In this document: positions 8,651 through 18,411 of the stretch, one piece after another
How the letters are laid out: each line of letters opens with the position of its first letter
Position numbering within the stretch: position 1 is the stretch's first letter
Source: a virus
Taxonomy: Duplodnaviria; Caudoviricetes
Direction: 5' to 3' (one strand)
Virus record (IMG/VR): IMGVR_UViG_3300042013_000067
Span: 32,001 to 96,000 of that record
Length of the DNA stretch: 64,000 bases
Made by a program: the position numbers and the translations under genes
Notes under the pieces: model-generated
Database searches by the model: none
Told to the model about the DNA's origin: nothing
The model's input: the letters and a program-made list of their open reading frames with translations, nothing else

Positions 8651-10774
8651 ATGCGTGAAATTGATCCTACCCTATTGGGTCAGCTCGCAACCGATCCGTT
8701 TTTCGGTACGGTGAGTGCAGCGCGGGGTGCGATGTACGCTTCCCATATCGGTCAAGCACCGATTATGGAAGAGAACGAACCCCGTCGTACGATGACGGGA
8801 GTGGAGCCCCACTACGCTAAGCACACCTTTGATATCCGCTTCCCAGTAAGTGCTACGGTGCTACATGTGATCCGTAAGTATCCGCCGGGATTGGGTATGG
8901 GTGCTGATGCAATCCGTCATAACCCTCTAACTACGATCATCTACGAGGACTACTACTGCCCATCCAAAACCATCGGCGTGATTCAGGTACCAGACTTTAA
9001 CAGTCTGCACCAGGATTTCGGTTACAAGTATCAACGCAATGAACGCCTGTGGGATCGAATCGTTCCAGGGGCTGACATCGAGAAAGGCGAGGTCCTGTGT
9101 AATTCCTCTGCAGTAAAAGCCAACGGTCTTTATGGCACCGGCATCTCGGCTGAAACTGTATTCTTGTCGGTACCGGGCACCATCGAGGACGGCTTTGAAT
9201 TCAGCGAAGAATTCCTAGAGCGAATGGCGCCAACTACCTATGGCAAGTTCATCGGTAGTGCTGGACAAAAGTCGATCCTGTTGAACTTGTATGGTGATGA
9301 CAAGATCTACAAGCCTTTCCCGGATATCGGCGAGCGTGTACGTGCTGATGGTCTGATCATGGCCATGCGGGATATCGACGAGAACCTCGCCCCAGCTGAG
9401 ATGACCGCGCGAGCATTGCGTACGGTGGACCACGCATTCGATCGTCGGATCTATGGCAAGCCAGGGGCTATCGTCAAGAACGTGACGGTGTATCGTGACA
9501 GCCGGGTCTTCCCAAGTAACGTGCCAATCGGCATGGATACCCAGCTTAACAAGTATTACCAAGCTGGCTGCCGTTATTACCAACAGCTGATGACTATCTA
9601 CGACGGCCTGCGTAAACGTCGTGGTAAGAAGCTGCGTATCACCGAAGAACTCAACCAACTCTTGGTGGAAGCGCAGATCTATCTGCCTACCCCAGATAGC
9701 CAGCGCAAGCTGACTCGGATGTATCGTCTGGACGTACTCGACGAATACCGGGTTGAAGTCACCACTGAAAACAAAATGATCCCAGACATGGGATTCAAAG
9801 CGACCGACTGTGTGGGTGGTAAAGGTGTAGTGTGCCGGACTCGTCCAGCGCATGAAATGCCATTGACCAAACATGGGGTTCGAGCTGACGTAGTCATCTA
9901 CGGTGGTTCGACGATACGCCGGTCTAACTTCGGCCGGTTCTATGAACAGTACTACAACGCGGCATCGCGTGATCTACTGTTCCGTCTACGTGAACAATGT
10001 GGCTTCTTGCCGCAGGTTCGCCCAACCAAACATCAACTACAGGAACTGAGCAAGAACCCCGACCTGATCCGCAGTGTGTTCGAGCAACTGCGCAGCTACT
10101 TCAAACTGTGGGCACCAATCCACAACGAACTGTTGGAGCCTGATGCTAACAACCCTGCAGAATACGTGCTGACGGTGCTCGAAGACAGTCAGCATAAGAA
10201 CCCAGGCATCACTGTGAATCTCCCCGTGGATAACCCGGTGGATATCTTGGATACGATTCGTCAAATCGAAGCCAGTGAGTTCACACCGCATTACGATACG
10301 GTTACCCTAACCGACAACGCAGGTAATGTCGTAGACACCGATTCGAAAGTGCTGTGTGGTGCATTGCAGATCTTCCTGCTGGAGAAGATCGGTGAAGACT
10401 GGTCGGGTGTGGCGTCAGCCAAGACCCAACAGTTTGGTTTGCCTGCGAAGATGGGCAGTGGTGATGCCAACCGTACACCGGGGCGAGAGAACCCGATGCG
10501 ATCGGCTGGTGAATCCGAAACCCGTTCCTACGTGGCGACCATTGGTGCATGGGCTACAAACGAATTGCTGGATCAAACCAACAACCCGTTGTCTCACCGC
10601 CAAGTGATCCGTTCGATCTTGCAAGCTGAGCACCCAACAGACATTCCGGTAGCAGTCCCACGGGACCAAGTGCCATATGGTGGTTCGCGACCAGTGTCGC
10701 TGATGAACCACTTGCTCGAAGTGCGCGGCGTGCGTTTCATTTACACACCTGATGACCATCGGGTTCTTCAATAA
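8651..10774 (+). CDS. rpoB: Non-virion RNA polymerase beta subunit, C-terminal part (phiKZ gp71-73-like), uninterrupted
   Basis: Motifs ARGAMYASHIGQ, GTIEDG, GFKATDCVGGKGVV (RpoB GDK..GRHGNKG), KIGEDWS, RSAGESE (RpoB RFGEME). Confidence 0.9.
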   Translation: MREIDPTLLGQLATDPFFGTVSAARGAMYASHIGQAPIMEENEPRRTMTGVEPHYAKHTFDIRFPVSATVLHVIRKYPPGLGMGADAIRHNPLTTIIYEDYYCPSKTIGVIQVPDFNSLHQDFGYKYQRNERLWDRIVPGADIEKGEVLCNSSAVKANGLYGTGISAETVFLSVPGTIEDGFEFSEEFLERMAPTTYGKFIGSAGQKSILLNLYGDDKIYKPFPDIGERVRADGLIMAMRDIDENLAPAEMTARALRTVDHAFDRRIYGKPGAIVKNVTVYRDSRVFPSNVPIGMDTQLNKYYQAGCRYYQQLMTIYDGLRKRRGKKLRITEELNQLLVEAQIYLPTPDSQRKLTRMYRLDVLDEYRVEVTTENKMIPDMGFKATDCVGGKGVVCRTRPAHEMPLTKHGVRADVVIYGGSTIRRSNFGRFYEQYYNAASRDLLFRLREQCGFLPQVRPTKHQLQELSKNPDLIRSVFEQLRSYFKLWAPIHNELLEPDANNPAEYVLTVLEDSQHKNPGITVNLPVDNPVDILDTIRQIEASEFTPHYDTVTLTDNAGNVVDTDSKVLCGALQIFLLEKIGEDWSGVASAKTQQFGLPAKMGSGDANRTPGRENPMRSAGESETRSYVATIGAWATNELLDQTNNPLSHRQVIRSILQAEHPTDIPVAVPRDQVPYGGSRPVSLMNHLLEVRGVRFIYTPDDHRVLQ

Positions 10775-10791
10775 CTAGACGGAGTTGAGCC

Positions 10792-12768
10792 ATGGGTTGT
10801 TTTGTCGCACGGGATCTTCTGGCGATGCCAGAGGATGATCTTTGGAATATACCCCACGACGAATACCATAAGCTGATCTGCGCAGACGGAGAGATCGAGA
10901 TTGTTGGGGCTGACCTCATCAACTCGGTCTATCTGTGGTACCCGCTCATCGATTACCCAAATGCACCGATTGTTAAGCAGTATGTGCATGGCTCCGATAT
11001 GGAGTTCAAAAGTAATTCGAACCTTGTAGTGCTGAACACCCTCTTGTGGGGTGTACACAGCTTCTACGAAGAGCGGGTAGACCCAGAGATGATGGCTCTG
11101 GCGGCTATGCGTACGATGAACCGCTGGTACAACGTTATCACTGTCCGCTGCGCGGCTTCGGTGACCACCATGTCGATTCTTGACGTGTTGGAAGTAATGG
11201 ATCATCCTGAGATCAAGCAGGTCAACGCCACGGTGGAGCCTAACCGGCACTCCATCGAGGAAGTCGCTTATAAAACCATTGAGCGAGTGCTCAAAGATCC
11301 AAATGAATTACCGCTCAACCCGATCGCTATGGGTATTCGCTGTGGTACCCAGAAAGTCGATCAGGTCAAACAGTGCTTTGGCCCACGGGGTTACGTAACC
11401 GATATCAACTCAGACATCTTTGAGGAGCCGATCCTCAAGGGTTATGTAGAAGGCATCTGGGACCTGTACGGATCGATGATCGAATCCCGTTCGGGTACCA
11501 AAGCTCTGGCGTACAACAAAGAGCTACTGCGTAACACCGAGTACTTTAACCGGAAGACCCAGCTGATTGCACAGTACGTGCGTGGCTTGGCCGAAGGTGA
11601 TTGTGGCACGCCGTATTACCAAGACGTGCCCGTGATTAAGATCCTGCTGAAACAGATGGCAGGGAAGTACTACCTCAACGAGGAAACCAACAAACTCGAC
11701 TGGATCCGTGGCAACGAAGAACACTTGATCGGCAAGACCATTAAGATGCGGGGAGTGATGACCTGTACGCATCCGGGTGTCGGTATTATTTGTTCGGTTT
11801 GCTATGGGCGTCTGTCGTATTCCGTACCACGGGAAACTAACATCGGGCAGGTCTCGGCCGTACAAGTGGGTGATAAGATCACCTCCAACGTATTGTCGAC
11901 TAAACACACCGACGTAACGTCGCGTGTGGACCGGCTTCAGTTGTCTAAGGTTGAAGGTGACTACCTGCGTTATGGTAAGCAGGAGGAGGCGCTGTATATG
12001 CGCCAAGAACTGCAAGACCGTAACGTAAGGCTGGTGATCGATCGCAATGAAGCCTCGAACTTGGCAGACATCCTGATGCTCAAGGATCTGTCGGGTTATC
12101 CTGTCACAAACGCTACTGAACTGTCGCAGGTCCACATTCAAGTGGAAACCGCCGAAGGTACAGTGTCGGACATTCTGACGGTCTCGCTGTATAACCGTAA
12201 GTCGAGTCTGACTGTGGAAGCGCTGGAGTATCTGCGCAAACACAAGTGGGAGTACGACAGCCGTGGCAACATCGTAATCCAACTGAATGACTTCGATATC
12301 ACGAAGCCGATCTTGATCCTTCCGAACAAACACGTCAACATGTATGAGGTGATGAAGCGCATTCGTTCCTTCCTGCACTCGGGCAGTGACGACGGTGCCA
12401 AGTCCAAACTCGATCCGCTGGAATACTCGGGCAAGATCTACCTGAAGAACTTCAAGGACCCTACTACTGGGCTCTTGGTCTTCGCCAACATGCTCAACGA
12501 GAAGTTGAAGATCAACATCGTTCACTGCGAGATCTTGGTCTACGCTATGATGGTGCGTTCCGCCGTAAACCGCGACTACCGCCTGCCGAAACCCGGCATC
12601 AGTGGTGTATTCGAGAAGTACAATCGTTTGATGTTGAACCGCAGCCTATCGGGCGCCATGGCGTTCGAGAAGCAGCATGAACCGTTCAACAACCCAGCGT
12701 GCTACCTGACGCTGGATCGTGATGATCACCCGTATGACACTGTCCTGCTGGGTGGTAAAATGAACTAA
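10792..12768 (+). CDS. rpoC: Non-virion RNA polymerase beta' subunit, C-terminal part (phiKZ gp74-like)
   Basis: Motifs SGTQKVDQVKQCFGPRGYV, ESRSGTKAL, EYFNRK, GDCGT, Zn site CTH...ICSVCYG, NIGQVSA...NVLSTKH. Confidence 0.9.
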   Translation: MGCFVARDLLAMPEDDLWNIPHDEYHKLICADGEIEIVGADLINSVYLWYPLIDYPNAPIVKQYVHGSDMEFKSNSNLVVLNTLLWGVHSFYEERVDPEMMALAAMRTMNRWYNVITVRCAASVTTMSILDVLEVMDHPEIKQVNATVEPNRHSIEEVAYKTIERVLKDPNELPLNPIAMGIRCGTQKVDQVKQCFGPRGYVTDINSDIFEEPILKGYVEGIWDLYGSMIESRSGTKALAYNKELLRNTEYFNRKTQLIAQYVRGLAEGDCGTPYYQDVPVIKILLKQMAGKYYLNEETNKLDWIRGNEEHLIGKTIKMRGVMTCTHPGVGIICSVCYGRLSYSVPRETNIGQVSAVQVGDKITSNVLSTKHTDVTSRVDRLQLSKVEGDYLRYGKQEEALYMRQELQDRNVRLVIDRNEASNLADILMLKDLSGYPVTNATELSQVHIQVETAEGTVSDILTVSLYNRKSSLTVEALEYLRKHKWEYDSRGNIVIQLNDFDITKPILILPNKHVNMYEVMKRIRSFLHSGSDDGAKSKLDPLEYSGKIYLKNFKDPTTGLLVFANMLNEKLKINIVHCEILVYAMMVRSAVNRDYRLPKPGISGVFEKYNRLMLNRSLSGAMAFEKQHEPFNNPACYLTLDRDDHPYDTVLLGGKMN

Positions 12769-12840
12769 CTACCTACAGGCCCGCCCTTAGGTAGTTACCT
12801 AGTGGACGGAGGTAGTGTGGGGGCTTTCGAGCCCCCATGC
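12768..12840 (+). promoter_or_regulatory. Three tandem hairpins in the rpoC-helicase spacer
   Basis: ACTACCTA/TAGGTAGT (12768-12795), TACCT/AGGTA (12796-12814), TGGGGGC-TTTCGA-GCCCCCA (12818-12837). Confidence 0.55.
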
Positions 12841-12846
12841 CTTAAG

Positions 12847-14361
12847 ATGTCAGTCAGCCTTAAGATTGAGAAGTACTCCCATGGCTGCCGCGTAACTGGG
12901 TTTGATGTAGATTCCTTGCACAAGACCACGCGGTTTTTGGAATCCCTTTCACTTAAGGAACCTCAACGCGTACAGAACCGCATGCAGATGGTGCTGAAGA
13001 AAAAGTACTACGGCATGACGGAGAACAAGCGCGAGCTATTTATTCACCGCAACAGTTTACCGGCGTATGTAAACCACTTGAGCGAGACGGGTTACCCAAC
13101 CGCCAAGATTGTGTACAAGGACATCCCAGTTCCACCGGCCGTAAATGCCGAATATCTCATCAACGAAAAATATGTCCTGCGGGACTACCAAATTCCGATC
13201 GTCACTGAACTAGCTGACGACACCTACTCACGCCGCTTAGACCTACAGACAGGTAAGGGCAAAACGTTTACCACCCTAGCAGCACTCGCTCGGATGGCTG
13301 TACGGGGAGTTGTAATGATCCCGCCAAAGTACTTCGGGATCTGGAAGACTGCGCTGGAGGAAACTTACAGCGACAGTACGAAGTATCGCATGGTCTCGGG
13401 CTCTGGAGAGCTCAAGCAGCTGATCATCGACGGATTGGATGGCAACATACACGAGGAGGTCGTAATCGTCTCCTGTGTGTCCTACAGGAGCTACATCGAC
13501 GCTTATGAAACCTACGGTGATAACATCGAGGCTTCGGGCTATATGGTACCACCACCACGCTTTCATGAAGCGATTGGTGCGGGCTGCCAGATCAACGATG
13601 AGTTCCAAGAAGACCCAGGCCTGTACTTCAGGATTGACGTGTACTCGAATGTCCTGAAAATGATCTACTTGTCTGCTACTCCTTATACGGGAAATCCGTA
13701 TGTAACCCGCATGATCGATGTGATGACTCCTGCAGAGACTCGCTGTACTCTACCGGAGTGGGATCGCTATATCGACGTCGTGTGGATTTACTACAGTGAT
13801 CCAACGGTTCAACCTAAGGATTATCTGACGCCATTCAAGAACACGTACAACCATGCGCGTTACGAAACCAAGATGCTGGAGAAGAAGAAGCGTCTTGAGT
13901 TCTACCACGCTTATGTACGACGTGCGGTTGAAGGGTTGTTCGTACGGGACATGCAGAAAGGCCAAAAGGCATTGATCTTGTGTTCGACAGTGAAGTTCAT
14001 TCATGTCTTGACCAAGTATTTGCAGAAAGAGTTTCCTGATCTGTCCATTGGCTTCCACGTTGCTGGTTGCGAATACAAGAAGCTGGTGACCTACGACATC
14101 ATCGTCTCCACACCTAAGTCGTGTGGTACCGGTGTTGACATCCCTAACCTGCGGGAAACTTTCCTGTTGGTGGGTACAGGTTCCGAGAAAGATGCGGTGC
14201 AGATCATGGGTCGTACTCGCCCTCTCAAGGGTTGGCCAGAACACACACCGCGCCTCAATGTGTTGGTGTGCAACAACATCCCGCAACATCTTCGCTACAT
14301 GACTGCCAACGAAGAGGTCTTTGCCAAGAAGGCAAGGTACCAACGCAAAGCACGACTCTGA
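12847..14361 (+). CDS. SF2 (UvsW/RAD25-like) DNA helicase (phiKZ gp75-like)
   Basis: Q motif LRDYQ, Walker A LQTGKGKT, motif II DEFQ, motif III LSATP, GTGVDIPNL, QIMGRTR. Confidence 0.88.
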   Translation: MSVSLKIEKYSHGCRVTGFDVDSLHKTTRFLESLSLKEPQRVQNRMQMVLKKKYYGMTENKRELFIHRNSLPAYVNHLSETGYPTAKIVYKDIPVPPAVNAEYLINEKYVLRDYQIPIVTELADDTYSRRLDLQTGKGKTFTTLAALARMAVRGVVMIPPKYFGIWKTALEETYSDSTKYRMVSGSGELKQLIIDGLDGNIHEEVVIVSCVSYRSYIDAYETYGDNIEASGYMVPPPRFHEAIGAGCQINDEFQEDPGLYFRIDVYSNVLKMIYLSATPYTGNPYVTRMIDVMTPAETRCTLPEWDRYIDVVWIYYSDPTVQPKDYLTPFKNTYNHARYETKMLEKKKRLEFYHAYVRRAVEGLFVRDMQKGQKALILCSTVKFIHVLTKYLQKEFPDLSIGFHVAGCEYKKLVTYDIIVSTPKSCGTGVDIPNLRETFLLVGTGSEKDAVQIMGRTRPLKGWPEHTPRLNVLVCNNIPQHLRYMTANEEVFAKKARYQRKARL

Positions 14362-14368
14362 GGTTTAC

Positions 14369-14617
14369 ATGGCAAAGTTCCGTAAGAAAGCGACTGTGGT
14401 AGATGGCGTCCAGTGGTTTAAGGATGGTGATCATCCAGCCGTGTTTATCCAGACAGAGGCCAGCCATGTATGGGTGCGTGGCCAAGCCTATGTGCATACC
14501 CACCTCGGTCAACAACTGGTGCGTCCGGGCGATTGGATCGTTACTGACATTGACGGCAAACACCGGCATTACTTTGATACGGCCTTCAAAGATCGTTACG
14601 AACCTGTAGTTGAATAA
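14369..14617 (+). CDS. Small phage protein of the RKK...PGDWI family, function unknown
   Basis: MAKFRKK...VQW...VRPGDWIVTDIDG...F...YEPV matches a widespread ~80-aa phage family; GAGGT SD. Confidence 0.75.
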   Translation: MAKFRKKATVVDGVQWFKDGDHPAVFIQTEASHVWVRGQAYVHTHLGQQLVRPGDWIVTDIDGKHRHYFDTAFKDRYEPVVE

Positions 14618-14624
14618 CGTTTAA

Positions 14625-14653
14625 CTCCTCTCCTTCGGGGGAGGAGACTTATG
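14625..14653 (+). terminator. Stem-loop terminator
   Basis: CTCCTCTCC-TTCG-GGGGAGGAG followed by ACTTATG. Confidence 0.65.
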
Positions 14654-14671
14654 CCCGTCTAGGAGTTTACC

Positions 14672-15112
14672 ATGCTACACCTTTTTATCATGGATAATAC
14701 GCAGTCGCCCGACCCTGATAACTTCAAGAGTTACAGTGATTTGTTCCCGGATATCATCCCACTGGAACATCGGAGGGGTAGTTGTATCACCTGTGAGCTC
14801 AACCCTACCGAGCACTATAAGTGGTCGTACTTCCGTATCTCAGGGCAGAACGCCGAGCATGACAACCGGATCTATGTCGCCGGTCGGTTCGATTACGATA
14901 AGTTCCCACAGACCGAGGGTTTTGTGTCGGATGTATTATTGCCATTTATTAAGTTCGAGTTGCTAATGATGCGCCGCGCCTTCCGGAGCCAATTGGTCAA
15001 CCGCCTCGACCGGGGTAATGATTGCATTTATATCTACAGTGCCGACACATCGATCCTCAACGACGTAACCAGTAAAGCGTTCCGAGAGCAAGTTCTTAAA
15101 CCGGTGGTATAA
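14672..15112 (+). CDS. Hypothetical protein
   Basis: 146-aa ORF with AGGAG SD. Confidence 0.7.
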   Translation: MLHLFIMDNTQSPDPDNFKSYSDLFPDIIPLEHRRGSCITCELNPTEHYKWSYFRISGQNAEHDNRIYVAGRFDYDKFPQTEGFVSDVLLPFIKFELLMMRRAFRSQLVNRLDRGNDCIYIYSADTSILNDVTSKAFREQVLKPVV

Positions 15113-15164
15113 CATGCTTAGCCACCATCCATGAAAAACCCAACGACGACAACGAGGTAAAGCT

Positions 15165-15638
15165 ATGATCCAGACCAACGCAGAAAAGCTGGCTCCGGTA
15201 TTGGCCAGCATGGAAACCATCAATAACCACCAATATCGCTTGGGTGTGGTTACCCAAGAAGATGATAAGCTTCTCGGTGAGCATTATTGCTTTATTGAAC
15301 GTCGTGTCGACACTGCCGAACAACCCTACGTACGCGATACGTTTGGTGAGTGGATGAACTTCTTGGAACTCAGTATCAAAACGGATGCTGAAGTTCCGGT
15401 TGAAACCGAACCATTCGGTATGCGCATTGCTACCGACACCCTGTTGAACCTGCTCTACGCTCCGTCAGTTATCGAAGAGCGTAACATTCTGCGCGGTGTC
15501 CTCGACATGATGGCCAGCCATGAATACGCTGTCTATGCTGTCGACATCGTCGGCCGTGATGATCACATCTGGGTCACACTGTCACTAACTAACCACGTCG
15601 ACGTTTACACCATCGACCTCACTGTCAATACCAAGTAA
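15165..15638 (+). CDS. Hypothetical protein
   Basis: 157-aa ORF with GAGGT SD. Confidence 0.75.
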   Translation: MIQTNAEKLAPVLASMETINNHQYRLGVVTQEDDKLLGEHYCFIERRVDTAEQPYVRDTFGEWMNFLELSIKTDAEVPVETEPFGMRIATDTLLNLLYAPSVIEERNILRGVLDMMASHEYAVYAVDIVGRDDHIWVTLSLTNHVDVYTIDLTVNTK

Positions 15639-15648
15639 GGAAAACACC

Positions 15649-16203
15649 GTGGAACAGTCTAAAGTTGAATTGAACCCAGAACTGCTGGGCGATGTCCTAC
15701 TGACCCCTTTTGCACCATGCATCACGCCTCGTGGCACGATGTTCCCTGATGCACCGAAGGCGCCTGAGTCAGCTCGGGCGGTTATCGAGATCAGTCCAGA
15801 GAACTTTACTGACGTATCCAAGTACTCGGTACGGATCAAAGTCCAAACTGATGCGGTGTACATGTTCTTGGGTCTGGATCGGATCAATACCGAGCACCTG
15901 CAACACAACACCGGCCAGATCTCTTATGGCTGGTCCACCGACGATCATTTGATGACCGTCACGTGTGATCTGGACAGTTACATTGTTGTAACGCGTGAAG
16001 CGCTGACCGGCAAGGTATTGCAGACGGCTGAGTACAGCTACGAACACAAACAACTTCAAGCACTGATTGGAGCGAAAACACCGGAAGGTGGTTTCGTGTT
16101 CACCGACCAACCCGGTGGTAACATCGTACGGCGTGAACCGAAAGTGCGTAAACCGATCCCTGCATTTAAGCTGTCGCAATACCCAGGCATCTCGCACAAG
16201 TAA
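15649..16203 (+). CDS. Hypothetical protein
   Basis: 184-aa ORF, GTG start with AAGGA SD, ends at a terminator. Confidence 0.7.
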   Translation: MEQSKVELNPELLGDVLLTPFAPCITPRGTMFPDAPKAPESARAVIEISPENFTDVSKYSVRIKVQTDAVYMFLGLDRINTEHLQHNTGQISYGWSTDDHLMTVTCDLDSYIVVTREALTGKVLQTAEYSYEHKQLQALIGAKTPEGGFVFTDQPGGNIVRREPKVRKPIPAFKLSQYPGISHK

Positions 16204-16214
16204 CTGCCACACGG

Positions 16215-16263
16215 CATAAAGCCCCTCCCTTAACCGGGAGGGGCCTATGTCGCTTTTTCTTTT
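16215..16263. terminator. Bidirectional CATAAAG-family terminator
   Basis: CATAAAGCCCCTCCC-TTAACC-GGGAGGGGCCTATG plus T tract, at a convergent junction. Confidence 0.85.
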
Positions 16264-16783
16264 ATATCCCCTGACCATTAGTTTGCTTGGCCAGTTCTCG
16301 TGCGGCTTGATCGGCAGCAGTATCCCGCTGTCGAATCGCATCTTCAGCCATTTCAATGACAAACATGGCGATCGGATACGGTAGATTCCAGAACTCAGTC
16401 AGTGAATAACCTTGTTCATAAATCCGGTAGGTGTGATAACGACGCACCAGACTAATCATGGGTCCGCCTTCCCATGTGTTCTCCTTAGGATGGAGAGCCA
16501 TTAGGGCCATTGGACGCATGGGGTCTGGGTTGTGGACATGGTCGTAGATACCATAGTCTGTTTGATAAGCCATCAAGCTGAGCTGAGCCGCAGCTGTTGG
16601 TCTTACAGCCGGGGAAGTGCGCAACAGTTCATCAATAAGCCCATGTTGCTGGGCTTGCTTTAAACCGAATGTTTTAAACAGGACATGCCCGTTAGGGTCG
16701 TCATCGTCAAGCGTTAAACGACTATAACGGGAGTCCGTGTTTATTACAGAATACGGTTGAGCTTCCGGCTTGCCAATCTGAAA
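16262..16783 (-). CDS. C-terminal extension of a tail/baseplate assembly chaperone, probably reached by -1 frameshift (GT/gp51-like)
   Basis: Frame is open for 173 codons from the slippery site to TAA at 16262; contains GYSLTEFWNLP, similar to the T4 gp51-like YSLTEIENMxP motif. Confidence 0.65.
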   Translation of the reverse strand, partial: FQIGKPEAQPYSVINTDSRYSRLTLDDDDPNGHVLFKTFGLKQAQQHGLIDELLRTSPAVRPTAAAQLSLMAYQTDYGIYDHVHNPDPMRPMALMALHPKENTWEGGPMISLVRRYHTYRIYEQGYSLTEFWNLPYPIAMFVIEMAEDAIRQRDTAADQAARELAKQTNGQGI

Positions 16784-18411
16784 AACTCCGCCAGTGGGTC
16801 AACCGGTACCAGGTTCTCGAAACGTTGCTTGAACTTGGTGGCTGCTGGCGAATCGCAAACTGGGCAATTGTAAGAATTGATTGCTGGCATGGCTACCAGA
16901 CTGTCATCGATATACTTCTCGACGGCAGCGTTGAATTCTTCGACGAGATCGTCGGAAGAGTAGATGTCCGAAAGAGTTTCAGCGATGAAGCTCTTGTCTT
17001 CAGAAAGGATACGGTAACCTTCTGGAGTAGTGTCGTCAAAATCGACGATCGCTTTAACCCAGTGTGCGTATTCACGTGCTGCAGTGGACTCAGCCAGCTG
17101 TTCGATGAACGCGCTGCGGTTACGGCCTTCTGGTGGTTCGTTGAAAGCACCCTGCGACATTTCGATGATGCCGCTGAGCCAACTACGACCCAGATCTTCA
17201 TGGTCATACACGTTCGGGCAACCGAACATGAAACCAAATGCCCCGACACGCTCTACACGACTGCGACCATGGACGTGGTGGCTGGCGTACGTGGTGAGTT
17301 CTTCTTTGGTCCGTGGAGCACGGGCGTCGATACGGAAGGACATATGACGTTTCTGCCACGGCGTCAGACCGTTGGTATCCACCCACCACATGTTGACCAC
17401 TTGGAAGAGGTCTTTAGCGATGTGGTTGCATTTACCGATGTCGGCGATGCATGGGTTAGCGTAGGTATAGCCACCTGGATACAGTGTCGCCGCCAGACCC
17501 AAGAGCACCCCTGGAATATCGCGGGTATCGATCAACGGTTTAAGATCCGTTGGTGTCGAGAACGCCACGTTGGCATTGGTTACGTGTTGCAATGCAAAGT
17601 CGACCACGATGGTCTTGATGTAGTGCGCGACGTTAGAGAAGGCCAGACCACGAGTTTCCGAACCCACTGTGAGCTTGACGTTAGCCACGTCTTGGTTCAT
17701 AGCAGTCAGTTCGACCAGCGATGGCGCTTTGAAGCGCAGCCAGATACCCGAGTGCCACAGTGGCAGGTCCACGGTACCACCCACACCCGACTTACGGGTT
17801 ACGTAAGACTTGAGTTCTTCTAGGGTGTACTTACCATCCGGGTCCAGTCTTTGAACCGGGATACCGCCACCGATCACCGAACCTTCGTGGGCAATGGTCT
17901 GTGACCAGTGTGAATCATCGCGAGCCAAGGTATTACGGTGACGATCCGAGTCGTCAGCGATGCCATTAGACAACGCGCCTAACAACAGGCGTAGGTGAGG
18001 GTCACCGACGTTATCAGGGATGCTGTCAGTCTTACGACCCAGCGTTGTGATCAGGCGGTTCTCACTACCCAACATGCGCTCCATCACCGCGGCGCTATGT
18101 TCCAGCGCTTGCTTCACTACATCCACGGATTCACGCAGGATAGCGATGCATTCGCTCAGCGGTGGCGGTTCTTTACCTTCTGGCAGTGGCTTGGTCACCG
18201 GACGTGTTTCGGTGAACACGTGCTTGTCCGCCGTTGGAGTAAATGGTTCTACTGCAGGCAGTGGTTCATCAGGAGCATCCTGTGGTCCAGTAGGTGCTGC
18301 CACCTCCGGCTCAGGCAATGGGACGCCTTGTTGCTCATCAGCACTCGCCCGTCCAACCGTCTCACCGAGTGCACCCTGCTCATTGCTGTTTGGTTCTTCA
18401 GGCGGTAGCAT
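16744..18411 (-). CDS. T4 gp26-like baseplate-hub / tail assembly chaperone (phiKZ gp77-region protein)
   Basis: 555 aa; LPLWHSG..LRFKAP, DIPGVLLGLAATLYPGGY..C....C.H and CPVC patterns resemble the gp26-like family; acidic/Pro N-terminus. Confidence 0.6.
   Translation of the reverse strand: MLPPEEPNSNEQGALGETVGRASADEQQGVPLPEPEVAAPTGPQDAPDEPLPAVEPFTPTADKHVFTETRPVTKPLPEGKEPPPLSECIAILRESVDVVKQALEHSAAVMERMLGSENRLITTLGRKTDSIPDNVGDPHLRLLLGALSNGIADDSDRHRNTLARDDSHWSQTIAHEGSVIGGGIPVQRLDPDGKYTLEELKSYVTRKSGVGGTVDLPLWHSGIWLRFKAPSLVELTAMNQDVANVKLTVGSETRGLAFSNVAHYIKTIVVDFALQHVTNANVAFSTPTDLKPLIDTRDIPGVLLGLAATLYPGGYTYANPCIADIGKCNHIAKDLFQVVNMWWVDTNGLTPWQKRHMSFRIDARAPRTKEELTTYASHHVHGRSRVERVGAFGFMFGCPNVYDHEDLGRSWLSGIIEMSQGAFNEPPEGRNRSAFIEQLAESTAAREYAHWVKAIVDFDDTTPEGYRILSEDKSFIAETLSDIYSSDDLVEEFNAAVEKYIDDSLVAMPAINSYNCPVCDSPAATKFKQRFENLVPVDPLAEFFRLASRKLNRIL
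16780..16786 (-). promoter_or_regulatory. Candidate -1 ribosomal frameshift site G-TTT-TTC
   Basis: In-phase GAG TTT TTC 12 codons before the stop; the -1 frame has a TGA just upstream and is open downstream. Confidence 0.65.

Noticed and set aside
8651-10774. Possible intron or homing endonuclease in the nvRNAP beta gene, as in phiKZ gp71-gp72-gp73
   Set aside because: The frame is continuous at 707 aa with all expected motifs; no intron or intein signature seen
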